The position numbers and the translations under genes were made by a program. A stretch of 64,000 nucleotides of DNA from Protoeuglena noctilucae (lineage: Eukaryota): assembly GCA_958009085.1 (NCBI GenBank), contig OY253672.1, positions 1,364,001 to 1,428,000 of the forward strand, written 5' to 3'. Shown here in pieces: positions 1-11,293 of the stretch; position 1 is the first letter of the stretch; each line of letters begins with the position of its first letter. The notes beneath the pieces were generated by a model. It was not told the DNA's origin. It saw only the letters and a program-made list of their open reading frames with translations, and searched no databases.

Positions 1-88
1 ATAACCATATGTACTCTCCCACCCGCTCCTCTCCCCTGTTCAGCTGCCTGTTCCCCCCCCACGGACCACCCCGCATCCCCACCCGCAG

Positions 89-1485
89 GCCCCTTCCCTG
101 GTGCTCCCCTTCAAGCGCCCCGTCTACTCGCGCGTCGCCGCCGAGTTCATCCCCGTGATTCGCGAACTCGAATTCCGGGCGCGCAAGATCCCCAGCTCCG
201 CGCTGCAGCCACGGCGGGGGCAGCACGCGACCCGGGCACTGGGGAGGTCGACAACGGGGGTGCTGATTGACCCTGGGAGGTGGACCAGGGGTGCGGGGGA
301 GGGTGCCGTGGGGACGCCCGTCCGCATCCTCAGGGCCGGCACGGGTGAGAGCGGAGGGGCGGGTGTCAGAGCGTGGCGTGGAGCGTGCTATGGCAGGCAT
401 TTGTAAAGTACTCTGGCTCAGTCGCGCTTGCTCTAGTCGCTCGCTCGTGCTCATGCCCTCCACCACGGCAGCCCTCACTCGCAGTCACTCCCTGCAAGCA
501 CAGACAGGGTCTTACCCGCCCCCTGCACGCAGGCCGGAGTGAGATTGTGGCTGCGGACCCCAGCGTCGTGGGCCAGGTGGTTCCTGTGTCAGATTCTCCG
601 GGGCTGGCATCGCAGGGGAGCTCAGATGGCCAGGGGGGTTCGTCTCAGGGTGACGGTGAGGGAGCGAGAGAGGCGTCATCGGGTGCTGGCAGTGAGGAGG
701 GAAGGGACGAGGGAGAGGGAGAGGGAGAGGGGTGGTACTATGGGGAGAGCGATGACAGTGAGGGGGAGTCTGGGGATGAGTGGGAGGGGAGCGAGGGCGA
801 TGGGGATAGGGGGCTGGGTGTGAGCGCTACCCAGGGCAGGGTGGAGCGGGCACTAGGGAGGGAGTCTTTGAGGGAAGGCGGGGGTGCTGCTGAGAGCGAG
901 GGGACGCGGAGTGACGAGGGGTGGCACCAGGGCAGCCCTTCGGTATCTGGGGTTGGGGCGGTGGGGCGAGGGTGGGGGTCGGGGTTGGGTGGGCGGGGGC
1001 GCGCAGCGTGGGCGGGTGGGTCGGAGGCTCAGGCGGGAGCAGGGGACGCTTGGAGGGGTGCTAGGGGATTCGAAAACGGCGTGGATGGGGTTAGGGGCCG
1101 GGGGTTGGTGCGGGGGTCTGAGGGTGGCGCCGTGGGTGTGGGAGAGAGCCCTGCGTCACGCAGCCTGCAGCCTTGCGAGGTGTCGAGGGGTGCTGGGGTG
1201 GGGGAGTCCGAAGGGGCCGGGAGCGCGGGGGCCGCGGTGCGCGTGATTGGCCCCGGGGGGTGCTTCGTGCGTGTGGTGTGTGGCGGCATCATAGCGGACT
1301 TTGACCCCACGTCGAGGAAGTTCCGAGCGCTGGGCAGCATGGCGTGGGTGTCGGGGCCGGTGTTTGAGAGGGGTGCTCTCAAAGCCCAGCGCGCAAAGGG
1401 GGACACCTGGCTGGTCACAGTGCGGGTGGGGGACGCGAGGGGAGAGCCGCTGCGGGAGTGGCTGGCGCGCAACGGCGGGGTGTGA
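89..1485 (+). CDS. 3' end of an unknown protein with an acidic/Gly-rich linker and a C-terminal SAND-like domain (5' part outside the window)
   Basis: Exon ~89-343 (cag|GC...ACGG|gtgaga) joins an exon ~533-1485. The C-terminus VRVVCGGIIADFDP...WVSGPVFER...DTWLVTVRV...GEPLREWL resembles a degenerate SAND domain (recognised by eye). Confidence 0.5.
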
Positions 1486-2697
1486 AGAGGGGAGTTGGCG
1501 TGCGGGGTTGGCGCGCATGTGGTGTGGGTATGGGAGCATGCATAGTTGCGTGATTGCTGGTCGAGTCGACGCCAGCGCTGCCGTGCTGCGCTGGGTTGCT
1601 GCGACATGAGATGACATGCGTCGCGTCGCAGTCGCGCTATTCAAGAGAGGACAGTGTCACACACGGTCAGCGAGCTAGCCAAGTCACATTTATTTACATT
1701 GGTCGCCTATTGTCGCGGTCAGTCTACGCATCCCTGCCTGGTAGTAGTCACCGAGGACGGGCGCGCGCTTGCGCGTCTACAGTTGAGGAACGTGCTGCAC
1801 AACGTCTAGGCAGGAGGAGCGCAAGCTTCCAAGTCCCGAGTCTTTCCCCAGGGTGGCCGTCTATTGGAGGTAGGCCAGTCACAGCTAGGGCGAACAAGAG
1901 GAAAGGCGCAACGGGTGGGGTTTGAAAACTAAAGACCCTTCCTGACAGGGAAAGACATCGCCACCTGCCACTTCCTGCCTGTGCAAGCCTCGCGAAGGAA
2001 CAGAAAACTGAACAGACATGGAACAAGATCGAACACGTCATGGGAAGCATTCCATCACCAACGAAGGCTCGGGTGGGTTGGATGGCGGTCAAACATGCAA
2101 ACATACAGGACGGGCATGCGGGAGAGCCATGCACCATGCGACAACTCATCGTGTTGCAGGCGCCGTGGCACCAGGACCCTCGCTGCTGGCGAGAGTGTCG
2201 ATATGGGAGGGCGGGGAGGGTTGAGAGTCGGTTCGGTCGGAGAGGGGTGCGGGAAGAGGAACAGGACATGCAAACATCTATGCCATCGCCAGGACGAGCG
2301 AACACGGCAGCCCACATCGAGGCGCTGCCACCCTCGCGGCGCTCGAGGGCGCGCGCCAATGGGCGGGCGGCATCGGCGGTGCCCAAGTGAGGCCCGCACG
2401 CTGCGCCGAAGGGGCCATTGCGCCAATGGGCCATTACGTCAGTGTAGCCCTTGCGCCAATGGAGTGGGCCCATCACCGCGCGTGCTCGGACGCGCTCGCC
2501 GGGCCCAGCCGCATGGCACCCACCCCAGCCTCCACCTCGCGATGCGCCTCCGTCATCGGCCCACCCATCGCCACGTTGCCATTGACCCCCCACAGCCCCT
2601 CCACCTCCCCGCGGCCTTCTACAGGCACGCGCCCCGGCCTGGGCGGCGTCCCTGCCGCTCCCCCAGGGGTCCCCTTCCCAGGCCCAGCAGGGACCAC

Positions 2698-5600
2698 CTA
2701 ACCCGAGCGTGACCTCGACAGCACTGCGCCGGCCCCGGCAGGTGCGCTGGCACCAGCACCTGCGCCCCCCGCCTGCCGTGACCGGCGTGAGGGCGACCGG
2801 CCATGAACCGGCCGCGCCTGGCCTAATTGGAAGGGCCCGCTTGCTGGATGGCCCATCCACGCCCCCGTGTCGCCACCGCGCAAGTCCAGGCGCGCCGCCA
2901 CCGCCTCGGCCAGGCTCTTGCCGCCCATGCCAGCCATGCCGTCCTCTGCGATAGGGCCAGGGGCAGAAGGCATGCGATTAATGTATGTGCACCCAACCAC
3001 GACTACCACACGCGCGGTGCACTCCAACTGACCGATTCTTCCATCCAATCGCAGCGCATCTCTAAACAGCCCTCCCCAAGCACCCATCCGCCCATTCCAC
3101 CCAGTGCGCCCCTCGCACTCACTGGGGGGTGTCCAGGTGCGCGAGGGCGGCCCGGCGCTCGATGGCCCGGACGGCGTCACGGAGTTGGGGTCCGACAGGT
3201 TCGAAAGCCGCGACCCCGCGCGGGAGGCGCGCTTCCGGGGCGGCTCGCGCGCCGACGCGTCGCTGTCGGTGCTCGAACGGCGGTCGTGCCGGCCGCCACC
3301 GGGGGCCTCGCCGCGGCGCCGGTGCAGCTCCCCCGCGCCGCGCTTGCCGCCCGAGTCGTGCTTGGCCGGCGGAGCGGGGTTCGACCCCACCGCCCGCCCT
3401 CGGTCGTTCGCCTTGGTCGGGGACCCAGGGCCACGCCCGTCAGCGCCGCTCAGCCCCGCGACGCGCACCCCTCCGTCGCTGCGACGCGCCCGCCCCTCCA
3501 CCCCGCCCCACCGCTCCTCGCCCTTCCCCGCCGCAGCCCCCGCTGCGCGCTCTGCGGCCCTTCCCGGCGACACCGACTGCGCCCGATGCGCACCGCCCCC
3601 CACGTCCCCGTACGCTTCGTCCGAGTTGCCGGAGTGCGTCAGGCCACTCATCGTCTGCGCGGCGGACTCCTGCGGACGGCACGGGGGCGACCTGATCAGT
3701 TTATAAAGACACGCACTGCCAAGGGCCGCCACCCAATACCATTCGCTCGACACGCAGCGAGCCTGCAACGCTTCGGCCAGGTCAGTCCCCGCATTTACTC
3801 AACAACACACGTCGCCCGCCCCGCTCACCCGCCCCACGGCTGCCCCCATGTGCACTGTGATGCGCGATAACCCACGCGACCCCCCCTCGTCGCCCCCCTC
3901 CCATCCGTCGTGGGCCCGGCGCCGCGGCACGTCGCGCCCGGGACTGTCCTCCCGGTCGTTCTCCGTGCTGGGCCTGTCCCAGACCCCCTCGTCGCTCGCA
4001 CGCTCCTTGCCACCCCCGCCCACGTCCCGGTCGGGCCCCGGCTGGCGCCGCCGCCGCCCAGTGCTCTCCGGGGAATGGCGCGCGTGCGATCCCTGCACCT
4101 GCGCATGGCCGCCCTGCCCCATTCCCGCATGCCGCGGGCCCGCGGGTCCGTTGCCCTTGGAAGGGACCCCCTCGCCCCAGGCAGCGGCGCCCTGGGTCGC
4201 CATCTGGGCGTATGCGTTCATCAACGCAAAGTAGCAAGTCCTGCGAGCAGAGCGAGTCGGGCAGTGGCATCGGAGACAATGCAAACAGCACCAGTACAAA
4301 GCATGGATGTGGTTGCAATCCATGCACCGCAAGACGACCCTGCCAGGTCGGCACCGCTTGCACGCACGTGCGCAAGCGCAGTGGCAGCTCACCCGGACCC
4401 GGACATGCACCACCAGCACCGCCCGCATGGCATAGCCTGCGCTCCCGTGCCCCCGTCCGCGGCCGGCGCCCGCGCCCCTCCCATCCACGCCTGCATCATC
4501 CCAACTTGCGCCTGCCACGCTTGCATGTACTGCTGCTGCACCTGCGCCTGGTACATTCGCATCTGAGCGGCGTAGGCGTCCCACGTCGGCGGCGCCTGCG
4601 CCCCGTACGCAGCGTGGGACCCGGCAGTCCACCCCGCGTGACCCGGCGAGGCGGGCGCCTGCGCTGCCACCGGTGGCGCCCAGCCATGCCCCTGCCCCTG
4701 CACATGCCCTTGGCCGTGCTCCTGCCCGTTTGCAAGCCCCTGCGCGCGCGCCTGGACCGCCGCGTCGCTCCCCGCCGACGCCAGAGACCGCAGCGACACC
4801 TCCCGGCGACCCAAAAGCTTCCCGGAGCTCTCGGCCCTGACAGGCGGCGCCGACCGGTCCCCCTCGGCGCCGTGCTTCCCCGCGTCGCGCCCCCGCGCCC
4901 GCGCCGCCTCCTCCGCGGGCGCCAGCGTGCCCGTCGTCGACCGCCGGAGGGGCGAGCCTCCACGGTCCAGGGACCCTCGCCGCGACGGCGCGCCTTGGTC
5001 AACCGAACGGCGCCCGGTGGGCAGCGGGGCCCGGGCGGGTCCCGGCGCGTCCCTCGGGTGGCTGAGCACCGGGAGCGCGCTGCTCCCGGGCGCCTTGGCC
5101 GCCATCATGGCTGCGTTGGCCATGGCGAGCGTGCCCAGCGGCGTCGCCTCCCGCGCCCTCGCTCGCGACTCGGACCCCGCGAGGCTCTCCGAACCCGACC
5201 GAGCGCTGTCCCGCGGGTGCGTACCCGCGCCCAGAGGCCACGTGGACGGCTGGCTGGCCCCGTAGACCTCGTAGCCTGCACTGCCGGGGGACCGGGAGGG
5301 CACCGTGTTGCCACGGCCGGGGCTCGACTGCGTGGTGCGGGGCTCCAGGGACCCGGCGCTCCGCATCGCCGGAGACTCGCGCGACATCCCACCCAGGAAC
5401 TGCGGGGCAAGGCAGAGGGACAGGATGACCGGGATGCGCCACGCGGCACCTGGCATGCAATGAGAGGGTGGGACTTTCTGGTTGGGGCACAGGATTCAGA
5501 CATCGCAGCGCCGCGGGGTGCAATACGGACCTTGCCGTCTTGCACCGACGCGACCCTGGGCATGCCCGGGCCTTGGGGCACCGGCCAAGGGTCGGGCGTG

Positions 5601-6240
5601 CCGGAGGCGGGGACACGTGCCGGGGACTTGAGGCCGGGGACCGGGTGCACGAAGGGCACGAAGCGAAGGGTGCTGGTGAAGTACTTGGCGGTCTTGGCGA
5701 GCATAAGGTCCATCCAGTCGGGGTCCCCGCCGTACGCCTGGCGATGCTGGGTCTCGTACTTGCGAACCAAAACGTGGCTGCGAGAGGAGGAAGCGGATTA
5801 TGAGAGCGGGGTCGCTGGCGCGCGCGGCGCGTCCGCGGTGCGGGCGGGCGGGCCGCGCACCCTTGCTTTGCGGCCGACTTGTGCTCGGGGAGATCGGATG
5901 CAGACACATACGAGTAAGCGCCGCTGCGGTAGTGCTCTCGGCCCGTCACGGTCGACGTCTCCTCGTCGTCGACGTCGATGACGAGGCCCGAGGCGCGGCG
6001 CCGGCCATGCTCCACGGGCGGGGGTGGCTTGGGGACGCGGACTTCTCCTGCCAGGGGGGGAGAGGGGACTGGAAACGCGTTCCTGGAGAGGTTTTGACGG
6101 CGACAAGGCAGCGCGCGAGGAAAGGCAGCGCGAGAGTTGCGCAAATTCTGCTGCTCACCGTGTGGAGCGTCCGCGGGCTCCACCGCCACGCCAAGTGCTC
6201 CGCCGCCCTGGACCGACAGTGGCGGCATAGCCGCAGACAT
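2698..6240 (-). CDS. Unknown multi-exon, largely low-complexity protein with a CGRCWWC..C motif and a Q/M-rich segment
   Basis: About 7 exons chain in phase through GT-AG junctions: ATG 6240; ...AYS|HVLVRKYETQH...; ...MSGSG|TCYFALMN...; ...AVGR|ESAAQT...; ends ...SRSRSG TAG at 2698. No family recognised. Confidence 0.55.
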
Positions 6241-6763
6241 GTTCGTGTCCGGAGCGTCGAGGCCCGCCTGACGAGGTGCAATCCTTGCCCGTGCGCCAAC
6301 CCGCGGCCCAGCGGCCGGGATTCGACAAGGGTCGCGCGCTGATCTAAGAAAAGCTTGAGCTCGAGGACAACTTCAGTTGCGCTGCCACGCCCCCGCGTGG
6401 AATCGACACCCCAGGCGCTCGCATGCGCTCACATCTCGCGCGCATCGCGCCGACGGAGCACGCGTGCAGACAAATAACGACGTCGATTCCTAAAGAATGG
6501 CGCCCGAGCGGCGTCGCACGGCTAAACAGCCCTGAGCCCGGCTAGCGTTTCCTGACAGGGACGGCGGGTCGTCCTCCGCGCATCCGACCCCAGGTGCGGT
6601 TTTCTTTCCAGCTAAAATAACCAGCTGGTCATTTGAGGTTTTTCAAAACCGCCTCCCCGCGCCAGAGCTCGCGCAAGGGGCGCCAAGCGAGGCCAGGCCA
6701 GCGGATGTAGATGCACAACGGGCGTAGGACCTCGCCCATCCGGGTGTGGGCCGCCAAGGGAAC

Positions 6764-7645
6764 TCACTGGGGGGTCTGGAGGCCGTACGACTGGCCCGCC
6801 TGCGTGTGTGTGAGGGGCGCGGTGGCTCTCGTGTGGGGCGCACCAAGCGGGGGCTGGCACACAGTCACAGTGCAGCATTGGCACACTCCGGCGACCAGAT
6901 ACCGACAGCCAGGCGCTGGGACCCTCGCCGGCGGCTGCCCGCACCTGCGCCGACATCTTGCGCCACAGGTGGTCCACCGCCGAGTCCGCCATGCCCTGCA
7001 CCCGAACCTTGCCCGCGAGGGCGATCGTAGAGAACTCCCCGGTGTAGACGCCCGCCTCGTCCAGGTGCCCGATGTTGAGCTGCACCGACGCGTGGTCCTT
7101 GGCCGGGATGAGCTTGGAGGTCCACGCGCTGCGACGGGCAAGGGCAGCGCGTGCGGTCACCAAAGGCTCAGGCTGCCAAGACGCGGCGCAGCGGAGCGCG
7201 CCACGGCCGCGAGGGCCCGCTACGGGGCGCGGGGAACCAGTGGGCTCCCAGGCGCGGGCCAGCGCCGCCGCTTTGCCGCGAGACGCCCAGCCCCGACCCA
7301 TCCGAGCTCCCCGTAGCGCGTGAGCATCAGGGGCGCGCGCGTGCGGCACGTCGCAAGCCTCGGGGCGGCCGGACTGGCGCCGGATCGGCAGGTGCGTCGC
7401 GCCGGCGACGGGATGCGAGACGAGGCACGAGTCACTCCCAGGAGATGGGGAGGGCAGCCGAATGCCACAGCCCCAGCGGGTGTGGAGGGCGCGCCGGCCC
7501 TGGCAGCGCGGGAGGCCGCTCCCCGACCCCAGGCACCCGGCAGCGAGCTGACGGAGATACGCAGGTGATATGGTAGGCCCCGCCCGTCGCCTCACCACTT
7601 GCGCGGGATGTAGAGGTCCACCACCTCGCCGCTCGCGTTCAGCAT
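6764..7645 (-). CDS. RPS21: 40S ribosomal protein eS21
   Basis: Exons 7645-7596, 7128-6945 and 6799-6764 give [49 protein letters not shown]..., the canonical eS21 signature. Confidence 0.97.
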
Positions 7646-8100
7646 CCTGCTCCTACCGTCGGCCGAGGCGCAGAGTGTGCGAGAGAGGAAAAGGACGGCG
7701 GCGGCCAGCCCCGGGAGCTCTCGTCGGCTTCCCGAGCCATCCTGACGTCAGTTGCTGCCCGAACAGCGGTGTCACGTGTCTACAGGCGAGGGCGCGGCCG
7801 GAGCATCGAGCCGTTGTCCATCCACGATATATACATTCCCCTGCCGTGATCGCGGGTCTCGAATAGCACAGGGTCCCGTCCCGCCACGGTTTGAAGTGTA
7901 CCCCGGGCCCGCTTGGAGAGTGCGGCGCGAACAGCGGCTTGAGAAGCACGACGGCTCTATCGCTCGCCTGCCGGCGATAAGTGCCCGGCCCGCGGGGGCC
8001 CCGGGGGAAGGATGAGCACGCTCAAGATGGTGCGCACATGCCATGCCTTCGCAGCTCATGGGCTCGCCCGCGCGCCTGCGTTCTGCAGTTTCCGACTAGC

Positions 8101-10039
8101 ATGATACCGTTGCTTCGCACGGTAGAAGGCGCGACCCTGACGGACCCTTCCCGAGACGGCATTCTCCGCTTGTCGCTGCAGGAGAAGCCCCCCCCCGACC
8201 ACTCTATCGTGAAGCTCCGCGCCTACGAGGAGAAGCTCGCGTCGTTGCGGGATAACGTGAGCGAGCACCGGCGGCGGGAGCAGGCGGCGCTGTGGGAGAA
8301 CCGGAGCGTGGGCCGGGCGCAGGCGGGCCTGGCCTCGCTCAAGCTCGAGGAGATGCAGTGGCGCGCGGAACAGGAGCTCCTCCGCCGGCGCGCGGCGCTC
8401 CAGGAGAAGCTCGAAGCCGAGGACCGAGCGCTGAAGGCGGAGATGCTGCGGACGGAGGAGACCCCCGAAGAGCGGAGGGCGCAGCTGGCGGCGCGCGCCA
8501 AGGCTCTGAGCGAGGCCCGGGAGAACGCGCGGCGGGCGCAGGCGGAGGAGCTCATGCTCCGGGCCTTCCGCGAGAACTACGACCCCGTGCGGCAGGAGGA
8601 CTCAAAGGTGCAGACGCTGCGCGCGGCCCAGGACCGCCGGGCCCAGGCCGTGGAGCGCGAGGCGGCCCGGGAGGCGGCCCGGGAGGACGAGGCGGCGTGG
8701 GCGCGGGCGTGGGAGGCGGATCGCCAGAAGAAGGAGGAGAGGTACCGGGAGGACAAGGAGAAGGAGCGTGCCCTCAATGCCGAGACCATCCGCATCCTGG
8801 ACGAGCAGCGGGACCAGTTCGAGGCCCGCGTGCGGCGAGAGCAGGAGGAAGCGGAGCGCGAGACGCGGGAGATGAAGGCGAGCGGGAGCGGCGGGGCCGG
8901 GCGGGTCGTGGAACGGGATGGGCCGGCCCACGTTGCCAGTGGTTCACCGCAGCATCGCCCGGCGCTGTTGCGCAGGAGGAGTGGGCGAGGCAGGACAGGG
9001 AGGCGGAGGAGCGCGCGGCGGAGGCCCGTCGCCTCGAGGCTCGTCGCGTCGCGGAGGTGGCGGCGTTCAACGCCGAGAAGCGAGCGATGGACAAGGCCGC
9101 GCTGGACAAGGACCGCGAGGAGGACATGCGGTACCTCGAGGCGAGTACTGCGCGCTGCGGCACGCGTGACTGGCGGCGCCTGGCTGCAGGACGTAGCGCC
9201 GTGCGCACGCCTGCCCATCCACCCTGGGGCGTCCCTGCTCGCAGATGGCGTTGAAGCAGGCCCGCGACGACGTGGAGCGCGAGCGCCGTGCCAAGGAGTC
9301 GCGCCGGGACCAGATGATGGAGTACCGGCGTCAGCTGGAGGAGCTGATGGAGAAGGAGAGGGAGGACACGGCGGAGCAGGACCGCCTAATCGAGGAGCAA
9401 AACCGCCTGCAGCAGGAGAAGCAGGACGCGCGGCGGCGGGCGGAGGAGGAGGCGCGGGCGGCGCTCATGCGGGACGTCGTCGAAACACGGGCGCAGCAGC
9501 TGCAGGCGAGCATGGCCAGCGTGACGTACCGACCGTGCGGGACCCGGCACTCCGCAGCTGACGCGATGCCCGGGCGCGATGCCAGGGCCTGACTTTGAGA
9601 ACCTTTGTTTGTCTCTGCAGTGGCAGTACGAGCAGCGGCTGATGGAGTTGGAAGAGACGCGCGCCGAGGCGGAGATGCTGCACGCGGAGAACGAGCGTCT
9701 TGCCGAGATGGAGGAGGAGATGCGGCACCAGCTGCGGCAACGGCGCTTGGAGGCGCAGGAGGAGCTTAAGAGGCAGATGGCGGCCAAGCAGGAGCGCCTG
9801 GGGAGGGAGAGGGAGCAGGCGAGATGCGTCGTGCCTTGACGCGCACAAGTGGTCCCCTCGCTTTTCGCTTACGCGCATCGCACCGCATGACGCGCTTCCT
9901 GCCCATGCCGCCGCAGGACCGTCAGGACAACCTCCGCATCCTCAATCGGGACCAGGAGGCCCAGGCCATGATCCAAAAGATCCGCGGCCAGGAGCCCACG
10001 CGATACTTTGGCCGCAAGAAGGTCGACTGGTTCTACTGA
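8101..10039 (+). CDS. CFAP53: Cilia/flagella-associated protein 53 (trichoplein-family coiled coil)
   Basis: Exons 8101-8121, 8182-8877, 8976-9140, 9245-9505, 9621-9818 and 9917-10039, all phase 0. E/R/Q-rich coiled coil with ETPEERRAQLAARAKAL and WEADRQKKEER, ending FGRKKVDWFY. Confidence 0.8.
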
Positions 10040-10209
10040 CGCTTTGTATGCTTGGGTTCCACCGTGCACTTGAATGTGCACTTGAATGCCAGGGCGGAAA
10101 GCAAAGCTTGACGACTGCTGCACGCGCAGTCGGGCGTGAGCCCAAAGGCTTAGACAGCAGCAAATGGCGTGGACTGCGACAATCCCTAAGCACGAACAGC
10201 AACCGGCTG

Positions 10210-10859
10210 TCAGTTCCCACGTCCTGATGCATCCCCGGGGTTCGGTCCTCCCGGCTTGGTAGACCCCTCACCCCCGGCCGATGGAGAGCCTCCCGCCGGC
10301 CCGCTCGCGCCGCTCGGAGCCAGGACCGTCTCGGCGACCGGTGCCGGCGCAGCGTCGCCTTGGCGCGTCCCGCTCCCGGACGGCCCCTCGTCCTGCCCGT
10401 GATGGCTGCACCCACCGCAGTCAGGGCAGTGGTCGTGGTCGTGGTCGCCGTGCTTCTTTTTCGAGCTCTTCTTCACCTTGCGGCGGCTTCGGGGATCGAA
10501 GTCCCCCTCCGAGTCTGCAAACGAAGGGGATGGGACACCGTGCGTCGGGCATCGGGCGTGCAGGGCCTCCCGCAGCCCCAGCGACGCTTGGGCCACGCAC
10601 CGGAGTCCTCGGTGTCGCTCCATTCGCCAAACACGCGAGGTGCGTGGTAGATGCAGCAGCGCTTGCTCGACCGCTTGCCGGCGTCCTCGTTGTCCACCGT
10701 GTCGGGCGACCATGTGACGCTGGTGCGCGGCCGGAGGGGCACGACGAGGTGCTCGATGACATTGTCGTCCTCCTCGTTCTCGCGGCCCGAACCGCGGCGG
10801 CTTGCCTCCGCCGCGCTGCCCCGCACTTGCTCGAGGGCCGAAGAAACCTGGCGCTGCAT
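10210..10859 (-). CDS. PPP1R11: Protein phosphatase 1 inhibitor-3 (PPP1R11/Ypi1 family)
   Basis: Exons 10859-10601 and 10514-10210. [14 protein letters not shown] (RVxW-type PP1 docking motif) is followed by [11 protein letters not shown] and FGEWSD, the family signature. Confidence 0.92.
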
Positions 10860-10888
10860 CGCGAGCGTAGCGGCACGGGGACAGAGGT

Positions 10889-11293
10889 TCAGCCCCAGGC
10901 AGGGGCGCAGGCGTAGTTGACGATGAGCTGGTTGTTCACCGCGTACGCCCGGTGCAGGACGCCCACGCTCTCGTCGAGGGACGGCGCGAACGCAGTGTTC
11001 AGGTACGCGAATACGGAGGTGCGGCCGAGCTGCTGAGAGACGAACGATACCACGTCGCGGAACGGCCTGTCGCCGGCGATCTGCGCGGCCACGGGGGGGC
11101 GGGAGTGGGTCGCGCAACCCGGCTGGGGGTTCCTGGGTCCTCGCGACGCCGCCCTGGACCAAGGACACCGTCACGCGAGCCGGAAAGATGCAAGTGCGCG
11201 AGACGCGTGCGCTCGGGGCACCTTGACTTTGCTGTTCTTCAGGATGGGAGCGTCACCCGTCGCCTTGAAAACGACGATCACTTTCTCATCCAT
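10889..11293 (-). CDS. ATG12: Ubiquitin-like autophagy protein ATG12 (87 aa)
   Basis: Exons 11293-11222 and 11080-10889: [31 protein letters not shown]...[15 protein letters not shown]...[12 protein letters not shown], with the C-terminal Gly intact. Confidence 0.96.

Noticed and set aside
4212..5981. Long antisense or alternate-frame ORFs (e.g. 4212-5981+, 18346-19869-, 57873-59312+, 51172-52311+)
   Set aside because: They are R/P/A/G-rich shadows of real genes, expected at this GC content, with no recognisable domains.
7129..7595. Long first intron of RPS21 as a possible snoRNA host
   Set aside because: I found no C box (RTGATGA)/D box pair or clear H/ACA architecture by eye.
8878..9916. 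Introner-type repeated introns
   Set aside because: The GC-AG introns share only the donor motif; I saw no shared internal sequence, terminal inverted repeats or target-site duplications.
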